Source: Sarea resinae (taxonomy: Eukaryota). From it: a stretch of DNA of 64,000 bases. The notes below the pieces were generated by a model that had not been told where the DNA came from, did not search any database, and worked only from the letters and a program-made list of their open reading frames with translations. Where the stretch lies: NCBI GenBank assembly GCA_026026165.1, contig JAPEUD010000010.1:248001-312000 (forward strand). Reading direction: 5' to 3'. A program made the position numbers and the translations under genes. This document shows positions 50,231 through 61,259 of the stretch, piece by piece; the stretch's first letter is position 1; every line of letters begins with the position of its first letter.

Positions 50231-51349
50231 GTTATTGGCTTTGGTTTTCATGACGAGGTCTCAGAAGAAGGGAGCGGGGTGGGAAGAAGCCGGGAAGCGG
50301 CGGGGTAAAGGGGGCGATGTAGACTGAGAGAGTTGTGAAGCCCTACGTCTTGGGAACATTCGCTCTTAGCATTTACTCCTGGAGTTTTTTTTTTTTGCCT
50401 TTTTTCATTAGGGGGCGGGAGGGGTTTCTTTAGCCCGTCCTCCTCCTCCTTCTTCTTCTTTTTCTTCTTCTTCATTTTCACCAGGCCGTCACTATTCCCT
50501 CTATCTCCATAGCCGTACAGCTCAAACAGAAACAGAGATACCCGCGTTTCATCCAAACAATTTTCCATCACTACCTACCTACCTACCTACCTACCTCCAC
50601 CTTGTTCTTCATCTCAAATCAGATCAAAAACATCATCTCGGATCAATTACGGAGATATCTTTTTTAGATCCTCATCAATCAAGCAAGCAAGCATCATAGC
50701 ACAGGTGCACAGGTGCAAACAAGAGTAAAGAGGAAATAGTAATCCGAAGTTTTTCTAACCTAATAAGACAGGATGTTGAAGAGCGGTTGTGAAGTGAAGT
50801 AGAGTGAAGGGGGAGGATGTGGTGGGTGCCCCGCTCAGCCTCCCCCCTCCCGCCGCCGCCGCCGCCGCCGCCTAAATGGAAGAAGATGCCGGAGACTTGT
50901 AGGATGCTAATGTAGCAACAAAATCAAAAACGCCTACGCTTGCGCCCAGTCATGCTCGTTGCGGGACGTGAATTTCATGAGAGAAATGCGGAAGATGGTA
51001 ATGCGATGAGGTACAGGCGGAATGGGAGGGGTATGATGTGACGAATTGATGGATGGATGGGTAGGTGAATGGACGGATGGATGATGCTGATGTCGAGAGA
51101 TGCTGTAATTTCAGATGCAGTGGAGTGTCGGATAGCGAATGGGTGATGCGGAAGAGGCCATGGCGAGACGAGACGATGCAATGGATGCAAACAAGTAGGC
51201 CATGATGCCGTGGGATACAATGCGAAGCAATGCGATGCGATACCGCAGAAGGCAGACGGTCATAGACTAGCGCAATGGTCGAGTGGAAACCCAGAGCGGT
51301 TTCTTTCCCGCTCCCTCGGTCAACCCCCTCTGCCTCCTACACTTCTCCC

Positions 51350-52081
51350 TTACTGACTCAGCCGACGGCTCCGATGCCGATGTTTCTTATACTCGTGCTC
51401 GAGCAATTCGGCCGCCAACGCGCCCCCAACCGCACCCAGAAGCCCATGGCCCTTCTTATGCCCGGCCCAGTATCCCGCCGCGCCACCCGCGATGACGGCA
51501 CCCATGCCGCGCACGCCGTCTGCCGGGCCCGGGCCCCGGACTTCCCAGAAGGGGTCATGCGTGCCGGCGGGGTTTCCTCGGTCTTTGTCGTCATCTGGAC
51601 CGTCGTCGTCGTTGCGGTCGTAGTCCCGGTCTCTGTCGGTATCGCTATGGCGGCGTCTACGGCGACTCCGACGGTGCGATCGCTTTCCACCGTGCGAGGA
51701 CGTCGACGAGTAATCTGAGGCGTCATCTGCGTCCCAGTCAGGCGTGGGTGGTTGGTAGTAATGCGGTGTTCCTGAGCCAGGAGGGTTATAGGAGGGGAAG
51801 CGGTTTCGGTGCTCGTATTGGGAGGGTGGGGGGTAGTAAGAGGGGTTCGGGCCCGCCGGCTGTTGTTGTTGCTGTTGTTGCGCATATGGAGGTGGTTGAA
51901 ATGAGGCCATTTCGGCGTTATTGTATTTCGGACCGGAAGGAGGGGCGCTCTGGTATCGCTGTGTTGGAGCGGGGGGGGCGTAAGGAGAGCGGTTGCGCGT
52001 GTCGGGGTCTTGGTTGTAGGCGTTGTAGGCGGGGGAGGCCGAGTATGCTTGTCGGAACCGGGGGTCGTAGGACCCTGACAT
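51350..52081 (-). CDS. Pro/Tyr/Gln-rich protein with a C-terminal glycine-zipper 2TM motif, function unknown
   Basis: ATG-initiated 243-aa ORF with C-terminal RGMGAVIAGGAAGYWAGHKKGHGLLGAVGGALAAELLE. Confidence 0.75.
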   Translation of the reverse strand: MSGSYDPRFRQAYSASPAYNAYNQDPDTRNRSPYAPPAPTQRYQSAPPSGPKYNNAEMASFQPPPYAQQQQQQQPAGPNPSYYPPPSQYEHRNRFPSYNPPGSGTPHYYQPPTPDWDADDASDYSSTSSHGGKRSHRRSRRRRRHSDTDRDRDYDRNDDDGPDDDKDRGNPAGTHDPFWEVRGPGPADGVRGMGAVIAGGAAGYWAGHKKGHGLLGAVGGALAAELLEHEYKKHRHRSRRLSQ

Positions 52082-52203
52082 TGAGATGGTGCTGTGGAGG
52101 AGTAGCGGCGGGTAGATAAAGGTATCAGGCGATTGTTGTAGTTGAGGAGGTGATAAGTTTTAGGGGTGAGGACTGAGTCCGGTCTGAGATTGACACAGGT
52201 GGC

Positions 52204-52281
<78 letters not shown>
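52204..52281 (+). repeat. (AGT)26 trinucleotide microsatellite upstream of the glycine-zipper gene
   Basis: Perfect agt repeats read directly. Confidence 0.95.
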
Positions 52282-52282
<1 letters not shown>

Positions 52283-53052
52283 ATCGATGAGAAGGATATG
52301 GAGAATCTCTTTGACAATGTGGCGACGATGAACAGTCACAGAAGGATTATATACTGGATACTCCGGAGTAGGATAACGGCCACTTGCTTACCCATCCATG
52401 TGGTGGGAATGTGGCAATATGGATCGATCTCGGCACAAAACGACCCCAATGGTGGCATGGGATTTGGTAAGGGCCATCGGTCAGCCTTCTCAGGGTCCAT
52501 GTACAGTGACGCCAGTGCGCAGCGTCGAGGATGTCGTAGCGACCCGAGTGCCGCGAGAGCACAGCCCCGACCGCCCGAGCGTATCCGCATCAGGCACAGG
52601 AACCCCTCCCCGGCCACATCATTGGTGCTCGCTGCGGCCACTCACCGCCACATCTCACCATCCGTCATCGTCTCTGCGTACTACTCCGGAGTATTCCTAG
52701 AGCATAACTTTACGTCAGTCAGGAGGTCACCTGCGAGGCCAGCGGAGATTCGTCCAAAGACGTACTGGCGTGGAAAAGTGCATGCTGTGCAGACAGAGGA
52801 GAGTACGCGATTTTCCTTCGCCTGGGCTTTGGCTCCAGCTGCCTCGATGCTCTTCCGGCAACGATTGGCGACGGGAGAATAAGACATGCGGGGTGAGGTG
52901 TCGAGAGACGCTCTGACACCTATCCAAAGCCAATCACTGTAGCACGATCCGAGTAATTTCCAACGGCACAACTTTGGTCCAGATGCACGCCTCGATTGTT
53001 CCTCGACTAAGTGTACAGTATATTAAGCAGAATGCCTATCATCGACCATCGC

Positions 53053-54146
53053 TCACCAAATCTTATTATCGGCCTTGCTGATCCGTTGCTCCCCATCCTC
53101 GACAACTGCAGCCTTTCCTCGCACCACCTTGCGCGTCCCGGGGGGCCGGAAATACAAACTCGGGCCCTGACCTTCGCCCACCAGATGGTTCAAGTAACCC
53201 CGATGTGCCGGATCGCGATAGTATTCAATGTCCTTTCGGGAAGTTGGGTCGGGGAGTCGGTATGCGAAGCGCTTAGCGGGCGGTGCCGTGGTCTCGGCGG
53301 CGGGAGATGATGTGGTAGTCGATGGGGAATAGGCTGGTAGAGACACCAAGGGGTCTGATTGGCCGCGCAGGATACGTCGGATCGCTGGTTTCGTGTAGAA
53401 TCGAGTCGTGATACTACCGCCGGCGCTCTCAATCGCATTGATGGCAGATGTGGAGGCGCGGGATACGATGATGTTTATTGGAGTACGGAGCTCAGAGGCG
53501 CCCTGAGAATAAAGAAGTCAGATTCGATGTTTGCATCAGCGGACGTGCGCCAAAGGGCGGGACAGCGATTGATGCTGCTCATTCGATGTGGCAAAGGATA
53601 GAAGACGTACTCTTGCGAGTAGCTTGACGCCATCTTTAACGCCATGTAGACAGCGCGAGTCGTTGAGCTCTTTCAATGTGATGGGCTTTGAAGGGTCGAG
53701 CCGACCCTGATCGATCCAGCTCTGGAGTCGATCGACGTTCAACGGCGACATGTCGACAGAGAAACTAGAGCAGTAAGTTCAGCCGATGGTCACTATATAT
53801 TTTTCCTCGACTCGTATGAAAGATGTGTTTTCACGCACTGATTTTCGAAGCCTCGTGGGCCGTGGACAACTTCTATGGGCGTCTGGCCACCATTGAAGCC
53901 GGTAGGAACTTTTCCATGCTGCTTTTGACCCTTGTGGCCTCTTCCGGATGTCTTTCCTTTCCCTGACGACGGTCCTCTACCCCTTCGGATGCGCTTGTTG
54001 TAGGCTCCAGCGTTATCCGACAACGAGGACAGGATCGAGGCCGCTCGTTGTTGCTGAGAGAGTAGAGACAATATTACAGAGGAGGGCGAGGACGAGCATG
54101 GCCTGAGGGAGCAGGCCGCTCGTAGTTGATTTAATCGTGGAGGCAT
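53053..54146 (-). CDS. MRPL10: Mitochondrial large-subunit ribosomal protein uL15m (MrpL10); 3 exons
   Basis: Presequence MPPRLNQLRAACSLR, uL15 motif RRGRGPSSGKGKTSGRGHKGQKQ, LQSWIDQGRLDP..ITLKEL, DGVKLLAR, and DIEYYRDPAHRGYL. Confidence 0.9.
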
Positions 54147-54724
54147 GATGGACGATATCACGACCTTGGTGCCTGCTGCTACCTTGGAGGTTCATGATCA
54201 AAGTCGAGGTTTGACAGCCACATTCGCTTAGTCATCATTGAGGCTCTCTTCCGGCCACAGCTCCCTGCCGAGGGGCGTCGGGCGCCTGCAATGGATGGCA
54301 GACGTCCATGGATCTCGTTTAGATTTCCGCATACGGCAATGTGCCAGAAAGGATGGCATTCCGATTCTTCCAGGTTGGCAGAATGCAGCTTGGTAGGGAG
54401 AGAGTACTCAGTACTTCTAAAGCCTCCTATCCCAGTCGTATGTTCAAGTCTTGAGTACCTTAACTTTCTCCCGTCTGCTTGTTACGGGACCCCTACAGTA
54501 CTTGGCATATCCTCACAAGAGCCAAGATATATATCTGGCTGCTTCCGCTCAGCGTGATTGACACGCTCTACTCCTGGCTATCTCGGTGATGCGCGACCTC
54601 TTGAGAGAGGAAAAGCGACCGCGCAGGTGAACGGATACAGTGACCACCGAGAGTATCATCGAGCCTCTCGACCGCCCTCACGAGAGGAGCTTCATTGCTC
54701 GTTCTAGGGTGCCATACCCTCAAA

Positions 54725-56865
54725 ATGGCTGCCTTCGATCGGGGCAAACAACGCCTCTTTTTCCTCATCGCAGCTCTTGGCGTCGTTCTGATATTGGGCA
54801 ATCTCTTTGTACTCTCTGGCGAGGATGTACGCTCCCATCTTATAAGTCTGCCGATTCCAGGTATACCAAAAGAAGAGGGACAGCCAGCAAAGCCGTCTTC
54901 AACGGTAAGTCCACTACGATCTCAGTGACTTTGTGAGTCTGCTAGACTCAATCGCTCACGTTTCTGACTATGTCTAAGCCGCCGTCGGAATGGGAAGAGC
55001 CGGTCGACACGCATCCTATCGCTGTTTTGATGAGGGAGGCCGACCAGAAGTGGAAGGAATATGAAGAAGATCGTTCCAAGACATTTCGAGAAACCGTCAG
55101 CAAATACCGACGGAAATATGGCCGACATCCGCCTCCTGGATTCAAGGAGGTACGTTCACAAATGTCCAGCTGCTATCGGAACCTGCAACTAACCTAGTCA
55201 TGAAGTGGTATCAATTTGCGCGGGAGAAGAACGTCTACAACATTGATGACTTTGAGCAGATCATGGACGATCTGAGGCCTTTCTGGGGCGTGGAACCAAA
55301 AGCCATTCGAGCCTTGGCTGCAACGCTGTGGGAAGAAAATTCAAACGGGATCTCGGGGATTCATATACGCGGGCACAAAATTGTCAATGAAACCAACAAG
55401 GGATGGCGATCCGAAACACTTGTCACATTGATCGAGAAATTCGTCGAACATCTGCCTGACATGGATATTGCGATGAATCGACTTGACCAGCCTCGCGTTG
55501 TGGTTCCCTGGGAGGATATGCAAGAGCTGCTGGCAAAGGAGAGGGACAGTCGGCAAATGCGGCCTGAGGCAGCATATGAATTCACTCAAGGCATGGACGG
55601 CTTTGCTATGCTCGGGCCCAAGCCCGAGAATTACACATTAGACCCACCTCCGGAGAAATTGGACTTCTTCCAAGGCCGAGGAAAGCAGTATATGGACATC
55701 GCGAAAAAGGCATGCCCCCCTGAGTCTCCCGCTCGAAACAAAGATGCGACCCTAGAGGATTCCGAGAAGCTTTACAAGCACCGGCTGGGAGGGTTGGTCA
55801 CGAATTTCAACCGATCGAGCGATCTCTGCACGGTTGGCCCAAGCATTCAAGAGAAACATGGCTTTCTCTACGCTGCGACCTCTGTTGTTGCGACTCATAA
55901 GCTTGCGCCCATCTTTGGAGAGTGCAAGGTCAATGTCAACAACGACATCCTCTTCCCTGCGAACATGTACTGGAAACACGATGATCGCTACGACTACGAC
56001 GACACCCATGACCTACACTGGGATGATAAGCATGACTCTGTGGTCTGGAGAGGTGTTACGTCTGGTGGGGTACAGCTTGAGGACAACTGGAAGCGCATGC
56101 ATCGGCAGCGCCTTGTCCAGTTGCTGAATGGAACAGAAATGCAAGGCAAAGATGTGCGAATCCTGACAGAAGTTCCCGAAAAGAAGGGCGAATACGAGAA
56201 CTTCCGTCAATTTCAGCCGTCCAAGTTCGCCGAGGAGCACACTGATGTGGGCTTTACCGAAGCCTGGGGCTGCATTCCAAATTGTGACTTTTACAAAGAC
56301 GTGTGGACGCTCAAACCGCAGGTCTCTCTCTCGGAACAATTCGAATACAAATACCTCGTGGACGTGGATGGTCATTCTTTCTCGGGCAGATGGCGAGCCT
56401 TCCTCGAGAGCAAGTCTCTCGGCATCAAAGCGACCGTCTTCCGTGAATGGCACGATTCGAGGTTGTTTGCGTGGCGACATTTCGTGCCCATGGACAACAA
56501 ATTCGATGATATATACACTCTACTGACCTACTTCATCGGCCTCGGCCGGCCGGGCCAGAATCCCCAAGATAACTACGCTAACGGCGAGGCATATGTCAGT
56601 CGCCACGACATCGAAGGGAAGAAGATTGCCAACCAGGGCCGCGAATGGGCGGGCAAGGTCTTGCGAAGGGACGACATTGAGGTTCGTACTTTTTCTCCGG
56701 CCTGGGGCGATTGTTCCCTCGGGCATTGCTGATGGCGGACAGATTTATACCTTCCGACTGCTCTTAGAATACGGCCGCATCATCGACGACAATCGCGATC
56801 AGATCGGCTACTTTGGAGATGGCGGCGAGTTGGACAAGTACGACGGCAAGAAGCCGACGGCATAG
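54725..56865 (+). CDS. Glycosyltransferase family 90 (CAP10/Cxt1-like beta-1,2-xylosyltransferase); 4 exons
   Basis: Type II signal anchor RLFFLIAALGVVLILGNLFVL, YRRKYGRHPPPGFKE|WY, LPDMDIAMNRLDQPRV, WRGVTSGG, YKYLVDVDGHSFSGRW, FREWHDSRLFAWRHFVP, YTFRLLLEYGR. Confidence 0.9.
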
Positions 56866-58188
56866 GGGCACTTTTGATCTTGCATCTCACGGCGTTCCGA
56901 GGGGGTCTTCGAACAGGGATGCATTTGGGGCCGCGTTGGGTTGGACGGTCGACGCGGCGATGTACATATACCCAGTACGCAGTAGTGCTGTGGCTTGGAC
57001 CATGGATTGTATGGATTGTATCGTATCATGCGTGTAGAAGCAAAAGAGAGTTCATGTTCAGATCCAATCCCATGGCCATTGATGCCATCGAGCCGTGTGT
57101 GCGTGTCTACGGAGTACTCTGGAGGAGGTGGGGCGGCGTGTCCTATGTACTACGTAGTTGTTGATGGAAGACGACGGAATGCTGGACCGAGGGCCTTCCA
57201 ATCGGTTTGCAACGAGCATAGTAGAGTATGTAGTATGAAGTACTACTCGGAGTACATGCTCCTAACATCGGAGATCTAATCAGACAAGAGATGGACGGCG
57301 CAGGATCATCATCGGTCAGGTTCTCCGGACTCCTCCCCTTCATGCTTCAGACCTCCAGACCCTTCTCCGCTGGAGCGAACCCCTGATTTCGTCTGGTGCT
57401 CCAGTGAGAGGGGGCGCGAGTGCTGGCATGACGCTGCATCATGCAATCTCCATGGTTAAGCGTGCGAACCACGGCCCAGATCCCGGTTGCACATCATCGC
57501 CGCAGCACGAGCGAGAGAAGCCATGCGCCCGACAGTTCCGGGTTCGCGGACAATTACGGGGAAGCCTAGATGGCCGGGCTGGCCGGGCGGAGACTCCGCA
57601 TTCCAGCTCCCATCTTCCCTGATGGGACGGAGAAACATGACCTCCATTTGACGCTGCCTCCTGCCTACATAGTACGCCGTCTTCTCTCTCTGATACCGGC
57701 CCTGGACCGTAGATTCCGGCGGTCCTCCTCCACCGGAAAGGTATCTCTCTCTACCTCCTCTGCCCGATGGCTTAGGGGGGGCGTCCGAGCTCATGCCAAG
57801 CTGCGTAGTACTTCGTACGTAACTGATCTTGCTGAAGAGTGAGTAATACGGCGTAGAAGAGAAAAAAGGGAAGAGCGAAGAAAGAAGCAAGAAGCCAGAA
57901 GCAAGAAGCAAGACGATACTAGAATTGATCTCTTGGATCATTACTCATCCATCTTCGTTCACTGGGACGGACTCCCCTCCGCGACCGACCACGGCAGATT
58001 GTGGTCGCTAAAGAAAGATTTGACCGCAGGAGTCACCGTCTACTTGACTGTGCAAACCATCTCTTGCGGCTCAGCTCTCATCCAGCTGATTGCCAACCTC
58101 TCCACTCTTCCCTTTTCCCCTTCGATCTTCTTCTTCCTCATCCTCTTCCTCTTCCTCTTCCTCGACCGCCCCGTCGCGACGCCTGTCA

Positions 58189-60218
58189 ATGGCAACGACT
58201 ACGGTGATGAGGCCTCTGCTCTCGTCCGCTGGGGCTTTGGGCTTCCGGCCTGCCGCTCGTCGGGCCGTCGTTGCTCCGTCACGCCCTCTCACTTCGATAA
58301 CGCGCCCGATTGCTGCAGCATCGCCGTGGAGTCGACTGCCGGTTCAGCAGCAATTCCGTCGAGCGTACGCCGATGCGGCAGCTCCTGCGCCCAAGAAGAA
58401 GAAGAGCCCGTTTCGGTTCTTCCGATGGGCATGGCGCTTGACCTATCTGTCAGCATTCGCGGGCGTTGGATATCTGGCTTGGGGTGTCTACAACGCTCGG
58501 AACCCCATCGATCAGCCAGAGCCCAGCCCCGACAAGAAGACTCTCGTCATTCTCGGTATGTCGTCGCTTTCTCGGCGTCGTCGGGTTGGCTTTGTTACTG
58601 ACGGCCGATATCGCAGGGACCGGATGGGGCTCTGTGTCGCTGTTGAAGAAGCTCAAGACGGAAAATTACAATGTCATCGTCATCTCTCCTCGGAATTTCT
58701 TCCTCTTCACTCCATTGTTGCCGTCGTGCACGACCGGAACCATTGAGCATCGCTCGATCATGGAGCCCGTGCGCAACTTTCTCCGACACAAGAAATGCGC
58801 CGTCAAGGTAAGTGATATGGCTTGGCTCTCCCTTTTCGATTGATACCAACCATCTATTCAGTTCTACGAAGCCGATGCCACCAAGATCGATTACGAGAAG
58901 AAGGTTGTCTATATCAGCGACGATTCCGAGGTCAAGGGCGACACTTCATCCACGGAAGTTCCTTTTGACCTACTTGTCATTGGTGTAGGGGCCGAGAACG
59001 CAACCTTTGGTGGGTGGAGAGCATATTCATCGTTTTGGCATCATATCTAACGACGGCCTCTAGGCATTCCTGGTGTGCGCGAGCATTCTTGTTTCCTGAA
59101 AGAAGTGGGTGACGCGCAGGAGATCCGAAAGCGAATCATGGACTGCGTTGAGACCGCCAACTTCAAGGATCAGAGCCCCGGAGAGATCGAGCGGTTGCTG
59201 CACATGGTCGTAGTTGGCGGCGGGCCGACTGGTGTGGAATTCGCGGGAGAACTCCAGGATTTCTTTGAGCATGATCTGAAACGATGGATTCCTGAAGTCA
59301 AGGAGAAGTTCCACGTCACTCTGATCGAGGCTCTTCCCAACGTAAGTGGTGCGCATTTCTTGACAGGCAATCTCTCTGACGGTGTCAAGGTCCTCCCTTC
59401 ATTCTCTCGACAACTGATCGACTACACGGAGAAGACGTTCAAGGAAGAGACCATCTCCATCCGGACCAAGACCATGGTAAAGAGAGTGACGGACAAAACC
59501 ATCGAAGCCGAGTTCACCAAGCCTGATGGAACCAAGGAGCTCGAGGTCATTCCCTACGGTCTTCTCGTCTGGGCGACGGGCAACGCCCTCCGTCCCGTCG
59601 TCAAGGATCTGATGAGCCAAATCCCGGCCCAAAAGGACTCTCGCCGCGGCCTGGCCGTGAACGAGTATCTGGTGGTCAACGGCACCGAGGGCGTCTGGGC
59701 CGTCGGCGACTGCGCCATCTCGCACTACGCGCCCACGGCGCAGGTGGCCGCGCAAGAGGGGGCCTTTTTGGCGCACCTCTTCAACCACATGGCGCGCTCC
59801 GAGGACCTCGAGACGGAGCTCAAGCTGCTCTCGGAAGACCAAGCGAAAGCGCCGACGGAACAGGCGCGCAACGAGATCTTCGCCGAGATCAAGGAGCGCC
59901 AGCGCCAGCTGCGACGCGTCAAGCACGTCGGGCCCTTTGAGTACTCGCACCAGGGCAGTCTGGCGTACATTGGCAGCGAGCGGGCCGTGGCCGACATCAG
60001 CTGGCTCAGTGGCAATTTCGCCAGCGGCGGCACGCTGACGTATCTGTTCTGGCGCAGCGCCTATCTGAGCATGTGCTTTAGCAGTAAGTAGAACCTTTTT
60101 TTGAGTGGCTGATGTTTTGCTGATATATTGTTTCCGTGTCACAGCCCGGAACCGCGTTCTTGTGCTCGTCGACTGGCTCAAGGCCAAGATGTTTGGCCGA
60201 GATGTGTCGAGGGAGTAG
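58189..60218 (+). CDS. Mitochondrial external alternative NADH dehydrogenase (NDH-2, Nde1-like); 6 exons
   Basis: Presequence, TM segment, [77 protein letters not shown], ending FGRDVSRE*. Confidence 0.92.
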
Positions 60219-60245
60219 AGGAGGGGAGTGGACGAGAGGGGTATA

Positions 60246-60340
60246 GAGGAGAGGAGAGGAGAGGAGAGGAGAGGAGAGGAGAGGAGAGGAGAGGAGAGGA
60301 GAGGAGAGGAGAGGAGAGGAGAGGAGAGGAGAGGAGAGGA
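60246..60340 (+). repeat. (GAGGA)19 pentanucleotide microsatellite in the 3' flank of the NDH-2 gene
   Basis: Perfect gagga repeats read directly. Confidence 0.95.
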
Positions 60341-60902
60341 GAGCAGTAGAGTAGACGCAGTAGGCTTTTATCTACCAACTTCACCATCGTCTCCCTCTAT
60401 CCTCCATCCTCCGTCTTCGACCTCTCCTCTTATGGCCCGGTTGTATCATACCGGGGAGGTCCGGACACACGAGAGAAAGAGAAAGAGAAAGAGAGCAAGA
60501 GAGACAAAGTTGTGGATAGATGGATCCAGGCACCACCTTTGATTTTCTGGCTCATCCTATCTGGCCGATCCTGCTGCGTCCTCTTGTCTTGTCTTGTCTT
60601 GTCTTCTCTCTTGTTGTTGGTCTTTCCTTTTTTTCTTTTTTTCCAGATTTTCCTGTCCCTCCCCCTTGGTGGCTGTTCTGTTGGTACGTTTCTTTTGTTG
60701 TTCTCTTGAGTAGTAGTGGGATTCGTTGGGTAGGGGGAAGATAGTATAGTAAAGAGGAGAGGGGGGGAGAGAGGGAAGAGGGGGAAGGGGTCCTATATCT
60801 ATCTACCTACCTAGTGGCTTAGAATTTAAGTAATGTTCTCTGTGCTCTGTTAGGCTTGATGTTCTTTAGCTCTTCTCTGCCCTCTACACTATATGCTCTT
60901 TG

Positions 60903-60980
60903 CCTTTACTTTGCGCCTTTACTCTATGCCTCTACTCTACACCTTTACTCTACACCTCTACTCTACACCTCTACTCTTTA
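60903..60980 (+). repeat. Degenerate 13-bp tandem repeat (about 6 units, consensus CCTYTACTCTACA)
   Basis: Units: cctttactttgcg, cctttactctatg, cctctactctaca, cctttactctaca, cctctactctaca, cctctactcttta. Confidence 0.85.
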
Positions 60981-61172
60981 CCTTACCTTTTTACTCTTAC
61001 CTCTTAGCCTTCCTAGCCTCCTTACTAGCTCAATCCTCTTTTCCTACTGTACTTCTAGGTAGACTCTCTACTAGAAGATCTAACTAATCCTAGTATACTC
61101 TCTTCTCTTCCTCTTTCTCTTCTCTCTTTCTCTTTCTTTTCCTCTTTCTCTATCCTAAATTCTTATCCTCCT

Positions 61173-61259
61173 CTTCTTCTTCTTCTTCTTCTTCTTCTTC
61201 TTCTTCTTCTTCTTCTTCTTCTTCTTCTTCTTCTTCTTCTTCTTCTTCTTCTTCTTCTT
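61173..61259 (+). repeat. (CTT)~29 trinucleotide microsatellite
   Basis: Perfect ctt repeats read directly. Confidence 0.95.

Noticed and set aside
52166..52882. Poly-Val ORF and the opposite-strand poly-Thr ORF; also the ERRGE and FPSLP repeat ORFs at 60128-60542 and 30988-31446
   Set aside because: They are translations of microsatellites.
1335..60218. Stop-codon readthrough (TGA CTA) producing cryptic peroxisomal isoforms
   Set aside because: None of the reconstructed stop codons has the readthrough context.
60903..60980. CRISPR-like or telomere-like array
   Set aside because: Head-to-tail repeats without spacers in a eukaryotic context, and no tandem TTAGGG seen anywhere in the window.
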